From assembly GCA_964252035.1 (NCBI GenBank), contig OZ176204.1: a stretch of 64,000 nucleotides of DNA; one strand, 5' to 3'. The notes under the pieces are model-generated. The model did no database searches and was not told where the DNA came from. It was given only the letters and a program-made list of their open reading frames with translations. The translations under genes were made by a program, and so were the position numbers. The DNA is from Podarcis erhardii. Lineage: Eukaryota. This document shows, piece by piece, positions 12,701-26,815 of this stretch (position 1 is its first letter; each line of letters starts with the position of its first letter).

Positions 12701-14812
12701 CTGTTAATACTTTTTAAAAGTTGGATTTCCCCCAAGCCCGATCCTTACACTATTCTGACACAAAAATACATTTGAGTGAATTTTGGAAACCTTGTGGCTG
12801 CAATGAATTTTGTAACTATGTGTCAGAAGGGGTTAAAATTTACCAGGTAAAAGTTCTGACCCAGCCAACTGGAACCACCACGACATTCCACTGACATGTC
12901 CCCTCAGGAACAATGTTTAAGAGTCACTGCCTCCTTAAAACAGAAGCTGTTGCTGCCTAAGTCAGAAGCAGTTAGTGGTGACAATCACCACAGACATATT
13001 GGATCTCTTTCTCTTTAAATGCTTCCTCCCCCCACTCCAGAACTGAGTCCCATTACAACCACTTTATTTGGGGAGGGGGAGGATGCAATATGCAAAGTGC
13101 TCCAGATACAAAGAGTATGAAATTTACACCCTCTCTCACAGTGAAAATAAAACTACGTATATTACGCACCACTTTAGAATATTACTATTCCTCCCATATT
13201 AGTAGCAGTGTGCAAGATTAACTACCTTGCCTCTGAATGACTAAGTAATTCAATCTCATAGTCTTCCCCATCCCCCATAGGCTGTGGATTCAGGGCATCT
13301 TATGAGCTCTTGCATTGTTATAGTGTTGTTACTAGATTACCCATTAAATAATTCACCAACAACATCCAGTAATGGGTTTAAAGCCTTTTGGAGAACTTGC
13401 AAATAACTTATAGCTGTTGTTATTTAGTATACCAAGGGTATGAGCATCAAAAGCTGAAGACAGTGTTTGACAGCCTCATCAACAGACATTGATATTACAA
13501 ATTCTGCACAGCAGAAACCTTAACCCTCAAAGTCATTTTGAGCAGCTTTTGAAAAATCTCATCCCTTCAAGGACTCTAGGAAGAATACTTATCCCAACTG
13601 CAGGATTAATGAGTCTCCATGTTGGGTAAAAGTAACATATGAAACAAGTACAATTTAAAAATCAGGAAGCTAAAATGTAACACTTATATCAGTGCCATCT
13701 GCACTCATGTAACTGAGCTCTTGTAGGTCAGGAGTCTACAGCAAGGAACCCATGATGCTGCTTGACTACTTTGTAGTTGCACACATTGGTAGGATTCTGG
13801 ACTATTTTCAGACAAGAACAGCAATGGGGTAAGAACATGCTACTGTCTTGAGTAATTGTGATAACATGCTTTTTCTACCACTAGGAAGAATAAGCATGTA
13901 TACCTGGGTATTAGATAGTCAAGATTTCTGAGGACAATCTATGCTCTTTTGACTTTTTAGATGGTAGGAAGTAACAATGCCAACACTTCTGAGTTAACAC
14001 CAGGAAATTATGTGAGCAAAATCCTCAGGCCTCTGTCATGGCTTCTTGAGCCATATCTACTCATTCTGTCAAGAAACTGCACTGAGCAAAACAATGCACT
14101 GTTGGGCTGTAATGATGCTTTAATGTTGGGAAGTGAAGATACAGCTGCCAGGCCTGAAAGGGGGAAATGATGATGCTATGGTTTCATATGCCAACCTAGT
14201 AAGCCCAGAAGGAGGAGAAACCAGCTGAAGTTACAAAACCCATTGAGATAGTGACAGAGTAGCACAACTGCTGTGTGTCCTGCAATCTGGAAGTACACCA
14301 AAATAGATGATCAAATGGAAATCTGAGGATATGAAGAATTCATGAAAGGTAAAAATAAAAACCTTGGCATATCAATGCCAAAGAGCAAAATGCAAAGGTT
14401 GCTATTTTCCATCTACACAATATTATGCATTCCTGCATACTGGAACTAAGCAGAAGATGAACAAAATACCCTTCACCTCTATGGTTGTGACTCTGCTAGT
14501 TCAAGAATCTATCATGTTAGACACCTAAGCATGACAATACTTCATGTCAGCTCTAATGATAATTGTTATGTCATGCCACATGCAGTTTGTTGAATATGCA
14601 CACCCATCAGCATGTCAGCTGCATTCTAGTTTTCTGTATATGGCAGGAAAACATTCACACATTCACATTGATTTCCAGGTCATTTTCTGCTTTACAGAGC
14701 AAAGTCCAATTCATATATCCAGCCACCTGTAAGGAAGACAGGTGCTTGAAGCACATTAACTATTATTATTAAAATTTCTATACTGCCCTATACCCACAGG
14801 TCTAAGGGCAAT

Positions 14813-15245
14813 TGTCAGATGCTGGTGATGGTTGCTCCTGAGTAACCAGGCAGGATTCCGACCTGGCTTTTACAGGTTTTATTGTGCAAACTATTTACAG
14901 TGCAGACCCACAAAGTTCATGTCCATCTCAGTCACTTGCAGAATCCGGGAATGGCCCCTTCCGGTTTCTCCCCCAACATAAGAACTTTGGCACCCCGAGC
15001 CTCCTCCTTGCGTTTCACCCCTCTGCGCAAGCTGGGTGTGTCCCTCCTGGCCAGCCTGGCTAGGTGAGGCGCTGGGGCTCTCGGCAGCATCCTCAAGCAC
15101 TTTCCTCGCTTGGCTGGCCCCTTTCCTCTCTTCTCCACTGGAGGTGTGGCTGGAAGAGGAACTGCTCCTCAGGAGTTTTGGATGCTCTCTGTATCCCAAC
15201 GGCCCCCCTGCCTCCCTCCCCTGTTCCGATGGCAGTCCCCTGACA
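14813..15245 (-). mobile_element. Solo LTR, 433 bp
   Basis: TGTCAG...CTGACA termini; perfect TSD gcaat (14808-14812 and 15246-15250); minus-strand AATAAA at 14883-14878. Confidence 0.88.
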
Positions 15246-15254
15246 GCAATTTTA

Positions 15255-15276
15255 TATTATTATTATTATTATTATT
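15255..15276. repeat. (TAT)7 microsatellite
   Basis: Direct reading. Confidence 0.9.
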
Positions 15277-17870
15277 GAAGAAATTCCCTGTGCAGTTATG
15301 ACAATGTTTACCATAGCATCACAGCTCCCTCCACCACACCATCACCACCTACAAAAGGTGGTGTGCAGAAATTGTATGGGCAGTTGCTTTAAGTTTACAT
15401 AAACACATCACTGCTTCCTATGAACAGCCTCCACACTGCAGCATTTCAAAAAGCCACTCGTGAAAAGGGCTGCATGTGCAACTTTAGCTCTTCACTAACT
15501 AGAAGGAAAGTAGATAAGTCTATAGGATGGGTTGTTCAACTTATTTCCGTCTTTTTTAAAGCTAACTGTGCATTTCAGCCTATCAGTCTGGCTGGCTACC
15601 ATTTTGTCAACTAGCATTCCTCATTCCCTGCCTTTGTGCCATGATAACTTGCTCTCTTATCAACAAACTGGATTTTCCTTAGGATGGAGAGGTGGATAAC
15701 ATCACACTGATAGTATTTCCAAAAGTTGTGGAGATGAGCCTTTCAGCCATTCAGTACATACCAAATAGCCCTTGGAGACAGATGATTTTAGTAAACAATG
15801 TAAAACCTATTTTAGAATCATTTTGATTTTAAAAAAAATTAGATGCTATAGATTAGGAGTGCATATTCCAGACATATGAAAGTAATTATTCTGGTTAGTT
15901 TCTAAACAGAGTGAATTGCTCTTCTGTAGTTCCTTGACTGAGAGAAGATAATGATTTAATGTTTTACATAAGCCTCGCTTTAAGTGACTATAATTCAGCA
16001 CTCGTAATGGACAAGAAAATGCATCAGGGACAGCTAAACACACAAGCCTGCACAAGCCACAGCCATTAAGATGTTTTATCATTTCAGTGGGATGAAGATT
16101 TTTGCCACAGTCCAATTAACTTTCTGAGATATCACTGTTGCAGATCTGACAGCTTGTGAATCTGTTTATTCATTTTTTGCCAATGTCAGATAGAATATTC
16201 CATTATTCATAATATATTATTTTAAAAATATCAGACCTGGTTATTCCAGAGTCTTGACGTACCCTGTCAAGTTCAAATCATGTTAATGAATGAGCTTTGC
16301 AATAAACAAAGTATTTTACCATTATCATGTACCCACACACAATTTTAGGAGTGTGGATGAGTCAATTTGTAGTAGGCAGCAGCACAGAATACATGAGGCT
16401 TTTCCTACAATCCCTATGCAAGTATTGATTGGAGAGCCAAAGGAGGGGGAGGGTCACTCTCCGATACTATATAATACACTCTTGCCCTATATTTCTCACT
16501 CCTCTCTGCCTAAAGGAACAATACCATCCAATATGTTCTTGGCTCCCATAGATGAGGACTGCAGAATTCTTGTGCTATTTCCTGTGTTATGGAGAGAATG
16601 TTGGAATGTTTCACTAGACCCAATTCAAACATTCAGCCCATGTTAATATCCTTTTTACTAGAGAGCATGTGCCCAACACCATGTGAACAACATTGTGGCT
16701 GCTGCCAGATGACCCATTTATTGAGCATTTATCCTGCTTTCTTTGCAGGGAGTTTAGACAATGTTGCATCAAAACAAGTGCTGTCCCACAATTTCCAACA
16801 CATTTCTCTGTCCCTTTCTTTACCTTCAGGTTTGTTGCACAAGACCTCCTAATCAACTATAATAGTGCAATCTACATTTGTCTGTATGTGATTGAATACC
16901 ACCCAAAAAATAGTGGCAGTGAAAGTGCCCTGTATGTGAGCTAAGATATCATGAGCATACAGCTAGATTTGCATGTTCCTTTCCCCCTTCCAACAGGTGT
17001 AGGAGGAAGATATACATTGGGTGAATTGCACATATACTTCTCAACCTTACACAGAGTGTCATTTGTGATATGGCAGCAACATGTGCCCTTGCTGCCAAAG
17101 CCAGTTCCCAACAGGTGAAGGACACTATTATGGGCTCAAATGCCTGAACCAGACCTGAGAGAAACCCTACCAGAAAAAAAAGGAGATTTATTCATCTGCA
17201 AGATGAGATTGCTTGGTTATCTGCATGTTCAATTCCTGAACACTAAGACTTTCAGGATAATCTTGGTACACTGCTGAGTATTCAGCAGCAGGTCTTTTCA
17301 GAAATGCAACAATGAGGCTGGGTTATTATAAAATGGTCTCGCATACAGCTCTCTCCTCAGCCAGACCACCCACAAGCGAAAGAGCAGAGATATTGTGCAC
17401 AAAGGCCAATCATAGATACACAGAAAGGATATTAAATCTGCAGGCTATATAGCAATCCCCCTTCCTGAGAAAATAACATCCAGTAAATTTCTGACTCATG
17501 CTCATTTTGTTTCAAGGACTCCAACGGAGGTATCAATACATATCCTTTAAAAGTACGGAGAAAGGAAAGAAATCCAATTTTCATGGCTGCACCAAGATGA
17601 ATTGATTCTGAGCATAAAACTGGAAAGGCTCTGAAACTACGGAAAGTAATGTTCTCCACGCAATGAATTTTCATTCCAAGATGTAGAATGAGAGCATTCT
17701 TCACCACTGGGATGCCCTTCCATCAAAAACACAAGACTGTCAAATTAGAAATTACTTCCTGAAGAGTGGGGGGCAAGAGAGGATGTTCTCTCCTTGGATC
17801 TCTCTATGACTTTACTAAATAAAAGTGTTACAGAAGGAAACAAAATCCACTATTAACAGAGTAACTGAAA

Positions 17871-17874
<4 letters not shown>

Positions 17875-17922
<48 letters not shown>
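17875..17922. repeat. (GA)24 microsatellite
   Basis: Direct reading. Confidence 0.95.
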
Positions 17923-17925
<3 letters not shown>

Positions 17926-20335
17926 CATTCCTAGCTCTCAAACTGACTGAAATGAAGATGACAGTAAGAAAGAAGAGCAAGGACAGGAATAATGTTCTTC
18001 CCCATACAACAACCTGAAATGAACATTAAAAGTAAATAAAATGTTAGTCTCCCATGAGGTGACAGGACATTCTCCAACAATTGCATTTCAAGAGCAGTTA
18101 CTCCACCCCCACCCCGCCAAGCTGGATGGGGTACTCCTGGCCTACTTATGCTGTAGCATTTCATTTAGGATCCTCCACCAAGGCAAAGAAGGCAACTTAA
18201 CAGGATTTGGAGGGTGTGTGTGCAAAGGTCTAGGTGGCCACTCTACTTGTCTCCCTCATTGGTGCTCTTTACCAAAAGGAATGACCACCACTCCAAAAAG
18301 GATGGATGTGCTCTGTCTGATAAGCTTCCATATTACTTGCAAAGTCACACTGTAATAATGGCCTTGGAAACTTTCTGCCCCACAGAACCCATTCTGATTA
18401 AAAGAAAAGTGTTCTGTATGCACTGGTAGCCTCCACAATTCTTGTGATGGCATAGTATCTATTTTGGATGAATATGGGTCAGTCCTACATCTTCATCTAT
18501 GTTTTGGCAGTCAAGATAGTCAGCCGTGGTATTTTCTACTTTAGTCATATGTTGTACTCTTAGATACTAGAGGAGTCATTCTGCCTAGAATCTACTTCAT
18601 GATGCTTATCATTTCCTTGTGAGCAGCTTACAACATTACCACTCCTCATCAATAGATGCAAACCTTTACTTTGGCGTTACTTGTGAACACCCTAACATAC
18701 TTTTGTAGAAGTCTGTTTTTCAAATGCAGGAATGCCAGCTGATAATTCTGCTTTGCTTCAATGAGGACCACTAATTCTAAGCTATTAGGCTCTAGGTTGT
18801 GGGCTTCCTAGCTAGGTAAGCACTTGGAAGCTCTAGCAGTGGAATGCCCAACTGAAACCAGTCCTCTTCATTCCACTACTAAATGGAGTCTATAAGTTGG
18901 TGGCTCATTTTCCCAGAACTTAACTGAGCTTTACCTTAGTTTGGAGCAACAACCAAAACCTTTGATGTGGAAGGGACTCAGCTGCTACCTAGTTTACTGT
19001 CAAGCAGGAATACATCTTTCTAAGGACCTATCCCACACTTACAGCTGTTCTAGGAACTCTAGGGCTACAGATCTGATCCACACTCTTCATGCCTCTGACA
19101 CAACAATTTAGTTCCTGGTGTCCATGAATCCGCACAAATTTCTGTCATAATGCCTAGGTTCCTTTTCTCAAGACCTTTCAGACTTCGGGCCAATTCTTTG
19201 TTTACACACTTACAGTCAGGCTGAGAAGTGAGTTAACCTAGGATACAAACAGGATTCAAATTTTCATAGTCTATGGACTATGAGAGGTGAAATGGGCTCT
19301 TGCCATTGTTGACTAGCCTGTGAAGGCAGTTCAGAGATTTTTGGAATTGTGGATCAAACAGGGAGAGACTTTTTGCTAGGGCTGTAATGAAGGACTGGGC
19401 CCACCATAAAATTAGAAGCCTAGGCACATCCTGCCAAGGTCAGGATTACTCTGTAAGTTGGAAGCCCCTCCTTCCCAGGAAGTGACTTATAAGTTGTCTC
19501 TGCATCCTGTTAACAAGGAAGAAGCATCCCAGTAGTGAAAAATGCCTCCCAACTACCTCCTTCACACCCACAGATATATAGATATAGATATATAGGCCAA
19601 TTGGAGAGAGTGTTTTCAGGGAAGCTGCAACTGTGACAGAGAAGATTTTAAAAGATTAAAATACTATTTTGAAAAGAACTAAATGTATGTTTTGGTCCAA
19701 AGGCATTTAATGGAATGTAGAGGTACAGGAACTGTTTGGACTATAGCCTGCCAGTTGTTTATAGTAGAGTGATTAAGAACACCATTGCTACTGAAGCTGC
19801 CATGATCATCCTATGCTTAGAGCCCTTGGAGATAAACACGGCAAGTTACGCCTCTCACTGCACTTTTAAACATATCGCTGCAACAATACCCAGATGGGAA
19901 AAGCTGCACCAAACTCCTAGGCAGGCAAAGCTGGGTCAAATCCACTCCAGCCAGCTTGCCCACCAGATATGGTCTTATTGCATACAGACTTCATGTTAAA
20001 TAGCAGTGCTGCCAGCTGGGGAAACATTTCAATGGAGCTACCAAATATCAGATAGATGGAGAGATAGAAGGGGATACAGCATGCATGCAGTGTCCCTACT
20101 TCATCGATGTCTCATCCGTCTCCAATGTTATAATTCCTCCTGCCTGTTACCGCTGATATTGAGGCACATCTGGTGATCTCTCCTCTGCTGTAATCGCCCA
20201 GGCAAACAATGGACCGATATTCCACTCACCCAGGCACTCTCAGCACCACTATGCACCCACCATTCATACATACATCCACTATCATATATATTACGCATCC
20301 ACTTTAACCAATTATCAGTTTATATTCATCTGATA

Positions 20336-20555
20336 CAGTGGTACCTCGGGTTACAGACGCTTCAGATTACAGACTCTGCTAACCCAGAAATAGTACCTCG
20401 GGTTAATAACTTTGCTTCAGGATGAGAACAGAAATTGCGCGGCAGCAGAGGCCCCATTAGCTAAAGCAGAGGCCCCATTACCTCAGGTTAAGAACAGTTT
20501 CAGGTTAAGAACAGACCTCCAGAACGAATTAAGTTCTTAACCCGAGGTACCACTG
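20336..20555. mobile_element. Tc1/mariner-type MITE, family A copy 1
   Basis: TA|CAGTGGTACCTCGGGTTA...TAACCCGAGGTACCACTG|TA: TIRs with TA TSD. Confidence 0.92.
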
Positions 20556-23424
20556 TACCTATATATTGTGAGTGATGGGACTGTGGAGTTGTGTCATTGA
20601 TATTGGGTGGGTGCTGAGGGTTATCATTTAGATTAGGTTGGTGCCGGAAGTTGTTAGATGGCAGCAATGGTCTAGTCCCATCACTCACAAAACCCTATTA
20701 CACCCCTAGTACCCTAGCTCTCAGTAAAGGCCCAGTATCAACCACTGGGTACCCAGCAGCACCCCTGAAACACGCCATCCTCATTCTCAAACACTCAATA
20801 CTGGGTATGCAGTCACTAGTTGGCTTCTTATCTCATCTTGTGCACCCTGGTATCTTAGCTTTTACTTAGGGCACCAGTGCAGCCCAGCAAGAGTGCTCCC
20901 TACTTTCACCCAGAGGAGCACCCATCAAACATGCCACCCTCAGTTCCAAACACCCTCACACATTCAAACACAGATTGAAAAGGCAATGACACACTTGCCC
21001 TCATGGTGAGCCAAAGGGCAATTCCCTCCGATGACAGCCAACCACAGGGCAGGACCACCTATCTCTCTGGTGTGCAAGTGCCTCACAATGTCCAGAATCT
21101 GTCACCACCTTCCTCTACGACGATCATCAGTAATACTTTGAGGGTTGCTGTGGTTTACTAGGAGTTGAGGGTGGGTAAGTGATAAACTTGCCCTCCGTTC
21201 CCATTCTTCTCACTGCCAAAAAGTCCAGTAACACACAGCATCTAATTCAAGACACTGCACATGCAATACTCCCAAAGATATTTTCTCGGGCTCTCTTCAA
21301 TTTCAATAAGACCAAACCACATCTGTTCACACTGAAGGCTTATTTACACAGACATATAGAACTAGTGTGAAGGGAATCATTCCAGTCAGTTGTGTTTGCT
21401 TGCTGGTGTAAACATTCTTAGTGTTGTTAATTTTTTCATCCACTAACACAAATTAAAATATCTGGAGTTAATTAGAATCCATGTTTGAATCTGACCTGTA
21501 TAAATGTACTGTCCCACCAACTGAAAAGCTGAAAGCAATAATAAAAAGTGGGTTCTATGAAGGTAAAAAGGGGGGGACTTACTTTTGTCTAAACAATGCT
21601 ATGGGCTACTGAAAGAGTGGTAGAAGACCCTATGAGCCATCCCCATCACTGGGAAGTAAGAGAAGACCCTCAGCTCATTATAAGGCTGATGTTGATACAG
21701 TTACAAATGGCTTGGTGCCTTCTATAATTCATTCTGCCAAGAGCTACCCTTAAAAAATATTTGGAAACCACTACTAGCACAAAATGTATCAATTGAGAGG
21801 AGTCACGTCACCTTATATTAGTATTATATCGAGATACCAAAATGTTTCCTGACCCAATTCAAGGTGTTGGATCTTGCATTTTAAGCCCTCTGTGATTTGG
21901 TACCTGGATATCTGAAATAACATCACTCCCTGCATGAATCTACAGGGACACTGCAGCCAATGGAAAGGCTCTATTATGTATACCTCCACTTAATAAGATG
22001 CAGAAAGAAGGGAAGTATGCTTAGTTCTTCTTAATAGCACGGGAATTCTGGAATTTATTGTCAAGGGAGATCCAGCCAGCCACTTCGCTGAGCTGTACCA
22101 TCCTAGCACAAGAGGGATGTAGACTCCAAGATTTGGATGCTGTTGACTCCAATATTTGCAGAAGTGCAAAAAAAAATATCTTTAGGAGGGAAGAGGAGAT
22201 GGGAGGGTGGGTCTGAGGAAGACTGGACATGCTCAGTAGTAGTCATGAAATGCTGGCTGAATGTTTGGGTAGGGAGGGAAAACAGGTGAGTATAGAAGAG
22301 GGTGCAGAGTGGAGAATTCTGGAATGTCTTTCATGGCTGGCTGGCTGGCAGCCTTGAACAGGAATACTTCACACTGCACCAGGCAACATTCATTTCTAGG
22401 TCCCGTATGTTTTTACTTATCTATATTCTTCTTTTTTACAGAAATGTTCACAGTTTACAATTCAGGGTTACAGCTCATTAGGCGTGGTACAAAAGGGCAT
22501 GGGCGAGAAAAGAAAATGAGCACATCAAGTATAACGGCCACAGCACAAGACAATTATAGGAAAGGAGGAGCCATGTTGTAATTAGAAGGGGGCATCACCA
22601 TCCTGCCTCCTGCAAAGCTAGTTGATCCAGTCCCTCAGGCAACGCTGTCCAATGAATTCACATCTCTCAAAAATGGGCACAAAAAGGCTGAGCTATGCAT
22701 ATGCTGAGCTAACCAATGGTCAAATTTTTGAAACAGAAAATTGCTCACATGACTGTGATTTCCAGGTTTCTTTCTTTCAATATATATAAGAAATGCAGAG
22801 AAGTGCATGTTTGGCTGGTAAAAGTGACCTCCTGAGGTCAAACTACTCTGCTTAACCATTTGAAAAATATTAAGGGAGATTGCAAAGATTAATTCCCATA
22901 ATAGAATATTTGCATTTCAACCCTTTTGTTTACTTTTGCTCTTGGTTTAAGAAATCATAATGGGAACAATGACATCCAAAATAAAATACATTACATAACC
23001 ATCAATTAAGATGATGTACCTTTTCCTCTAAACAATGTAATAAAATACCCTTTCTCTTAATTTTCAATGGCATCTGTATATTTGATTTTACAATGTTGAC
23101 TTCTCTGTACTAGGAAAGTAATCCTATTTAATCTGTTTTTAGTAGCCAATGTTTTTTAGTAGATGTCCGACTCCATTATCTTGATTTCTTTTATTTTTAA
23201 AAAATCCTTTGGGGTATTGGAAAAACAGCAGGTCAATCATTACAAACGAGTATGTGTAGAACAGGTTTTAGATTTATATCTCAGTAGTTATTTCAGCTTA
23301 TTTTTAGAAGAAAACAACCAAAAGTTCTCAGAACACAACTCCTGAACCTCCACTCCCTCTAATTTTTGTAGTTTCCCCATCCAATGCCTTTGATTAAAAT
23401 TCACAAGGAAAGGCGAGGAATACC

Positions 23425-23511
23425 ACAATCGTATGCATGTCTACTCAGAGATAAGTCCTACTGAGTTCAACAAGACTTACTCCCAGGTAGGTGGGGGTAC
23501 AGGAGTGCAGC
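23425..23511. repeat. Short (~85 bp) imperfectly palindromic interspersed repeat; related degraded copies near 4760-4950, 34590-34670, 47540-47610 and 52590-52650
   Basis: Recurring caatcctatgcatg..tactcag..taagtcc.actgagttcaa...acttactccc...ggattgcag pattern, judged by eye. Confidence 0.5.
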
Positions 23512-23871
23512 CCCAAAGCGAGTGTAGAAGTGATGAAGAATTATATGTCAACAAGCACCTGAGCTTTGACACCACAGAATACAGAATGGAGATGCGTAAG
23601 AAACAAGATTAAGAGGCTTCAAGACAATTGCCAAGATTAAGCCTGCCAAAGGCAATTGGAACATGCTATAAATAAAATGTCTGAGCATTAATGTCAATTG
23701 CATAAACTCATTCTAAGCGGCAGGGGAATCTGAATCCTGGTGGCAGGTGCCTCGCTGTACTGGTTATGCTGCTTTGTACTAACTGCATTTAGCTAATTGG
23801 CAGAGACAAGATATCTGCAAGACACTTCTGTCTTTTAGCTGTTGTAATGAAGCAGAGTAAAAAGTTTAACT

Positions 23872-24007
23872 CAGGCATCCCCAAACTCGGCCCTCCAGAT
23901 GTTTTGTGACTACAACTCCCATCACCCCTAGCTAACAGGACCAGTGGTCAGGGGTGATGGGAACTGCAGTCCCAAAACATCTGGAGGGCCGAGTTTGGGG
24001 ATGCCTG
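23872..24007. mobile_element. hAT-type MITE, 136 bp, intact
   Basis: Perfect 35-bp TIRs caggcatccccaaactcggccctccagatgttttg; perfect 8-bp TSD gtttaact (23864-23871 and 24008-24015). Confidence 0.95.
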
Positions 24008-25666
24008 GTTTAACTCTTTGTGAAGGAAAGGAAGATAAAGAAAGTAGGTAACTTGCTGTGAGACGTTTCGAATTCATAGGGAATTATGGGTGTAGGGAAG
24101 GTTGATGGAACTTTAACATCTGTAAACGGATGGAGAGCAAGTGAGTCCACTAGATGTTAGCATTGCTAGCAAACTAACAAGGCTGAGAATTCCATATGTT
24201 TCCCTCTTAAATATCATTACTTAAAATAATATAACAATTCATTCCTTCCATCCACTTTCAAACCCAGAGACTGATTTCAAAATTATTTCTGCTACGAGTC
24301 TTATTTTAGGCATTAAAAGTGCATTTTAATGCCAAGGTTAGCTATGAGAATATTGCACATAACCTCAAGGTTCAGTGATGTGCATTAGCCCTCTTCTTCC
24401 CTGCCTTGCTAAAATGGGTAAAAATCCCAGAATGATTCACATATAATGCTAGACACATTGTTTACACTATAACACAAATATTATTTTATCAGCAATATTC
24501 TGATCTTTCTATCAGAATATAAGCCACTCATACCATCATTTTGTATGCATTAAAGATACAACAATGTGACCTTCTCTAATGAACAGTTACACTAACTTCA
24601 ACTCACTTAAGATTTGAATAAATCTTAAATGTTACATGAAGCATCAGTAATATCACAGATATCTGTCATACACTATGCATACACTATCCCTATGCAAAAG
24701 CTGCTAAGCATGTCAACTCATGTAATCGCAAAGTATGTCAACTCATAGTGTAAAAAGGATTGTTGTGTTAATTGGTCTTGAATTTTAGTTGAACCTCACA
24801 GCTAAACTTCCATTTATTCTGGATCTTTGCCTCACAAGTGCTCAGGAACTCTCAGCTCACGAGGAACTCTCACAACAGAGCTTTTAAAGCACAATAAAAT
24901 GATTTTTCATGGCTGTACTTTTATTGTGTAATAAAATGATCTACTAAGGATTCTCCTAGAGCCCAGGAAACATATTTTATTTTCTAAACCTAATATTTTT
25001 AAGAAGAGCAATTTCATTTAAATAGAAGTAACAACCAGCAAATCCTTCTTTCAGGTAAAATGTGAGCCATGCATAAACTATGAAATGCATTTACCCATGT
25101 CAGATTAAGAGCGTTAAATAAGATAATGGGGAACTTTTATGGAGTGCATTCCATGCTTCAGAATGTGCACCAATAGTCTGTCATAACAAAATTCTTCTAT
25201 TAATGATATTTATTTTCATTATGATTTATTACTTCCAGACCCATTTTGTTTGCTTGGTCTTTGACGTCCTTAGGAACAAGAGTGAGGAATGTAAGGTTTA
25301 CATGGATGGCATCAAGCAGCACTTTCTAACAACAAACACGGTCTGATTCTTGTTCTGCTGTGTAGACAAAACATGGGTGAAACTCCACTGGAATTTATTT
25401 AGCATTCCAGCTTTGCTCAGGCTTATTAATTAAAGGACAAAGGTGGGAGATATTTTAAGGCTGAGACTACTAAACATATGAACTGAATCACTTTCTACCT
25501 TTTTGCATCCTGTTCAAGATGGGATAATAAAGTAGTGAACACAACCTTTATTCATGTTGTGCTGTTTCCAGAGGGTTGTACTTTTTCCAAAGGGACAACT
25601 ATGATAATACATTGCAGCAAAAGCAACAGAGAGTCCTGTGACACCTTAGAAATGAACAGATTTATT

Positions 25667-26045
25667 ATAACTCAGTTGTAGAGCACATGCATTGAATGTA
25701 GAAAGCCCCAGGTTCAATTCTTGGCATCGCCAGATAAAAAGATATCAATGTTATATTGGTTTTTATGCTTTCACTGGGATTGTTGTATTGTTAGTTGATT
25801 TTATATATGATGTATCCTACTCTGGTATCCCTTGTGAGATGAAGGGCAGGTTAAAAATTGATTAAATAACAGTAGAATGGGATCTGGTTTTTATTTGCAA
25901 GCTTCCTTTGCAACAGGGCCGTGTGCAACAGGGCCGTGTGCAAATATTGAAAATAAATAAACAAATGTGGAAGTCATCTGCCTGAAACACTGGCTAATTG
26001 CTGCCAGTGAGAATGGACAATCTTGGGCTAGTTTCTATGTCCCTA
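25667..26045 (+). mobile_element. tRNA-headed SINE (Squam3-like), interrupted by ~240 bp of other sequence
   Basis: Head taactcagttgtagagc...ggttcaattc (A/B boxes) at 25667-25733. The body resumes ~25975 (tgcctgaaacactgg...gctgccagt...gacaat...ctatgtcccta). Confidence 0.55.
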
Positions 26046-26493
26046 GATGACATGAGGCCAAATGGCAATGAAATGCAATGATCAGTCTGTGACAATTCTA
26101 TATAAAAGCACAAGATAAATGAAATCATGCTCACACACACATGACACTATCACATAAAAGCTTATACTACAAAAAATGTTAGTTTTTAAGGTGTTGCAAG
26201 ACCCTTTGTTGTAATACTGTTTGTGCAATGTACAGCTATTGGCCTTAAGAAAGATGAGCATTGATCACAGCACAAGCAAAGCAGCACAACCATAGGGTCT
26301 TTCTGACTTACAATAATTAGAAAGAGATAAGGAACTGTGACATACACATTTCAGAAAATGGCATTACCAGAAATAATAAGGTATAATGGATTAATCCAGG
26401 TAAGATGTTTCCACAGAACAGAAACTTTTGCTTTCAGCAATAAGGTGACTTACCCTCCCATGACAAAGTCATATTTTCCAGAAATGCACCTAC

Positions 26494-26815
26494 CTAGCAG
26501 CTGCACTCCACGTGTGAGTCCATAGACGTCAATCAAAGCCCACAATGGTTCAGTGGTCCTCACTCCACTGAAGAACAACATGGCGGCAGAGTTATTAACC
26601 CGGTAAAATACACGTCCCTTTTTGTCCACCCAGAATGCAATGATGTTTCCCTCATTAGCAAATTCTTCTGGGAGGGCCTTGGCCCAGAATCCACTCTGAG
26701 AAACGAGGTCTGGACATGCATACTTGGGCAGGGTTTCTGGGTTAATCCTAGAGGGGTCCTTAGAGGTAAATCCAAGTCGAAGAGCCCCACTCCAACAGCA
26801 CTGCTTCTTTGTGAT
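26494..26815 (-). CDS. NEURL1: NEURL1 exon 3 (rest of NHR1 domain)
   Basis: ttcag|ATCACAAAG ... CTGCTAG|gtagg, 322 nt. Translates [69 protein letters not shown]...[17 protein letters not shown]. Confidence 0.98.

Noticed and set aside
25667-25733. tRNA-like sequence with A/B boxes (similar heads at 30406 and 60181)
   Set aside because: These are followed by SINE bodies and lack a complete cloverleaf, so they are SINE heads rather than tRNA genes.
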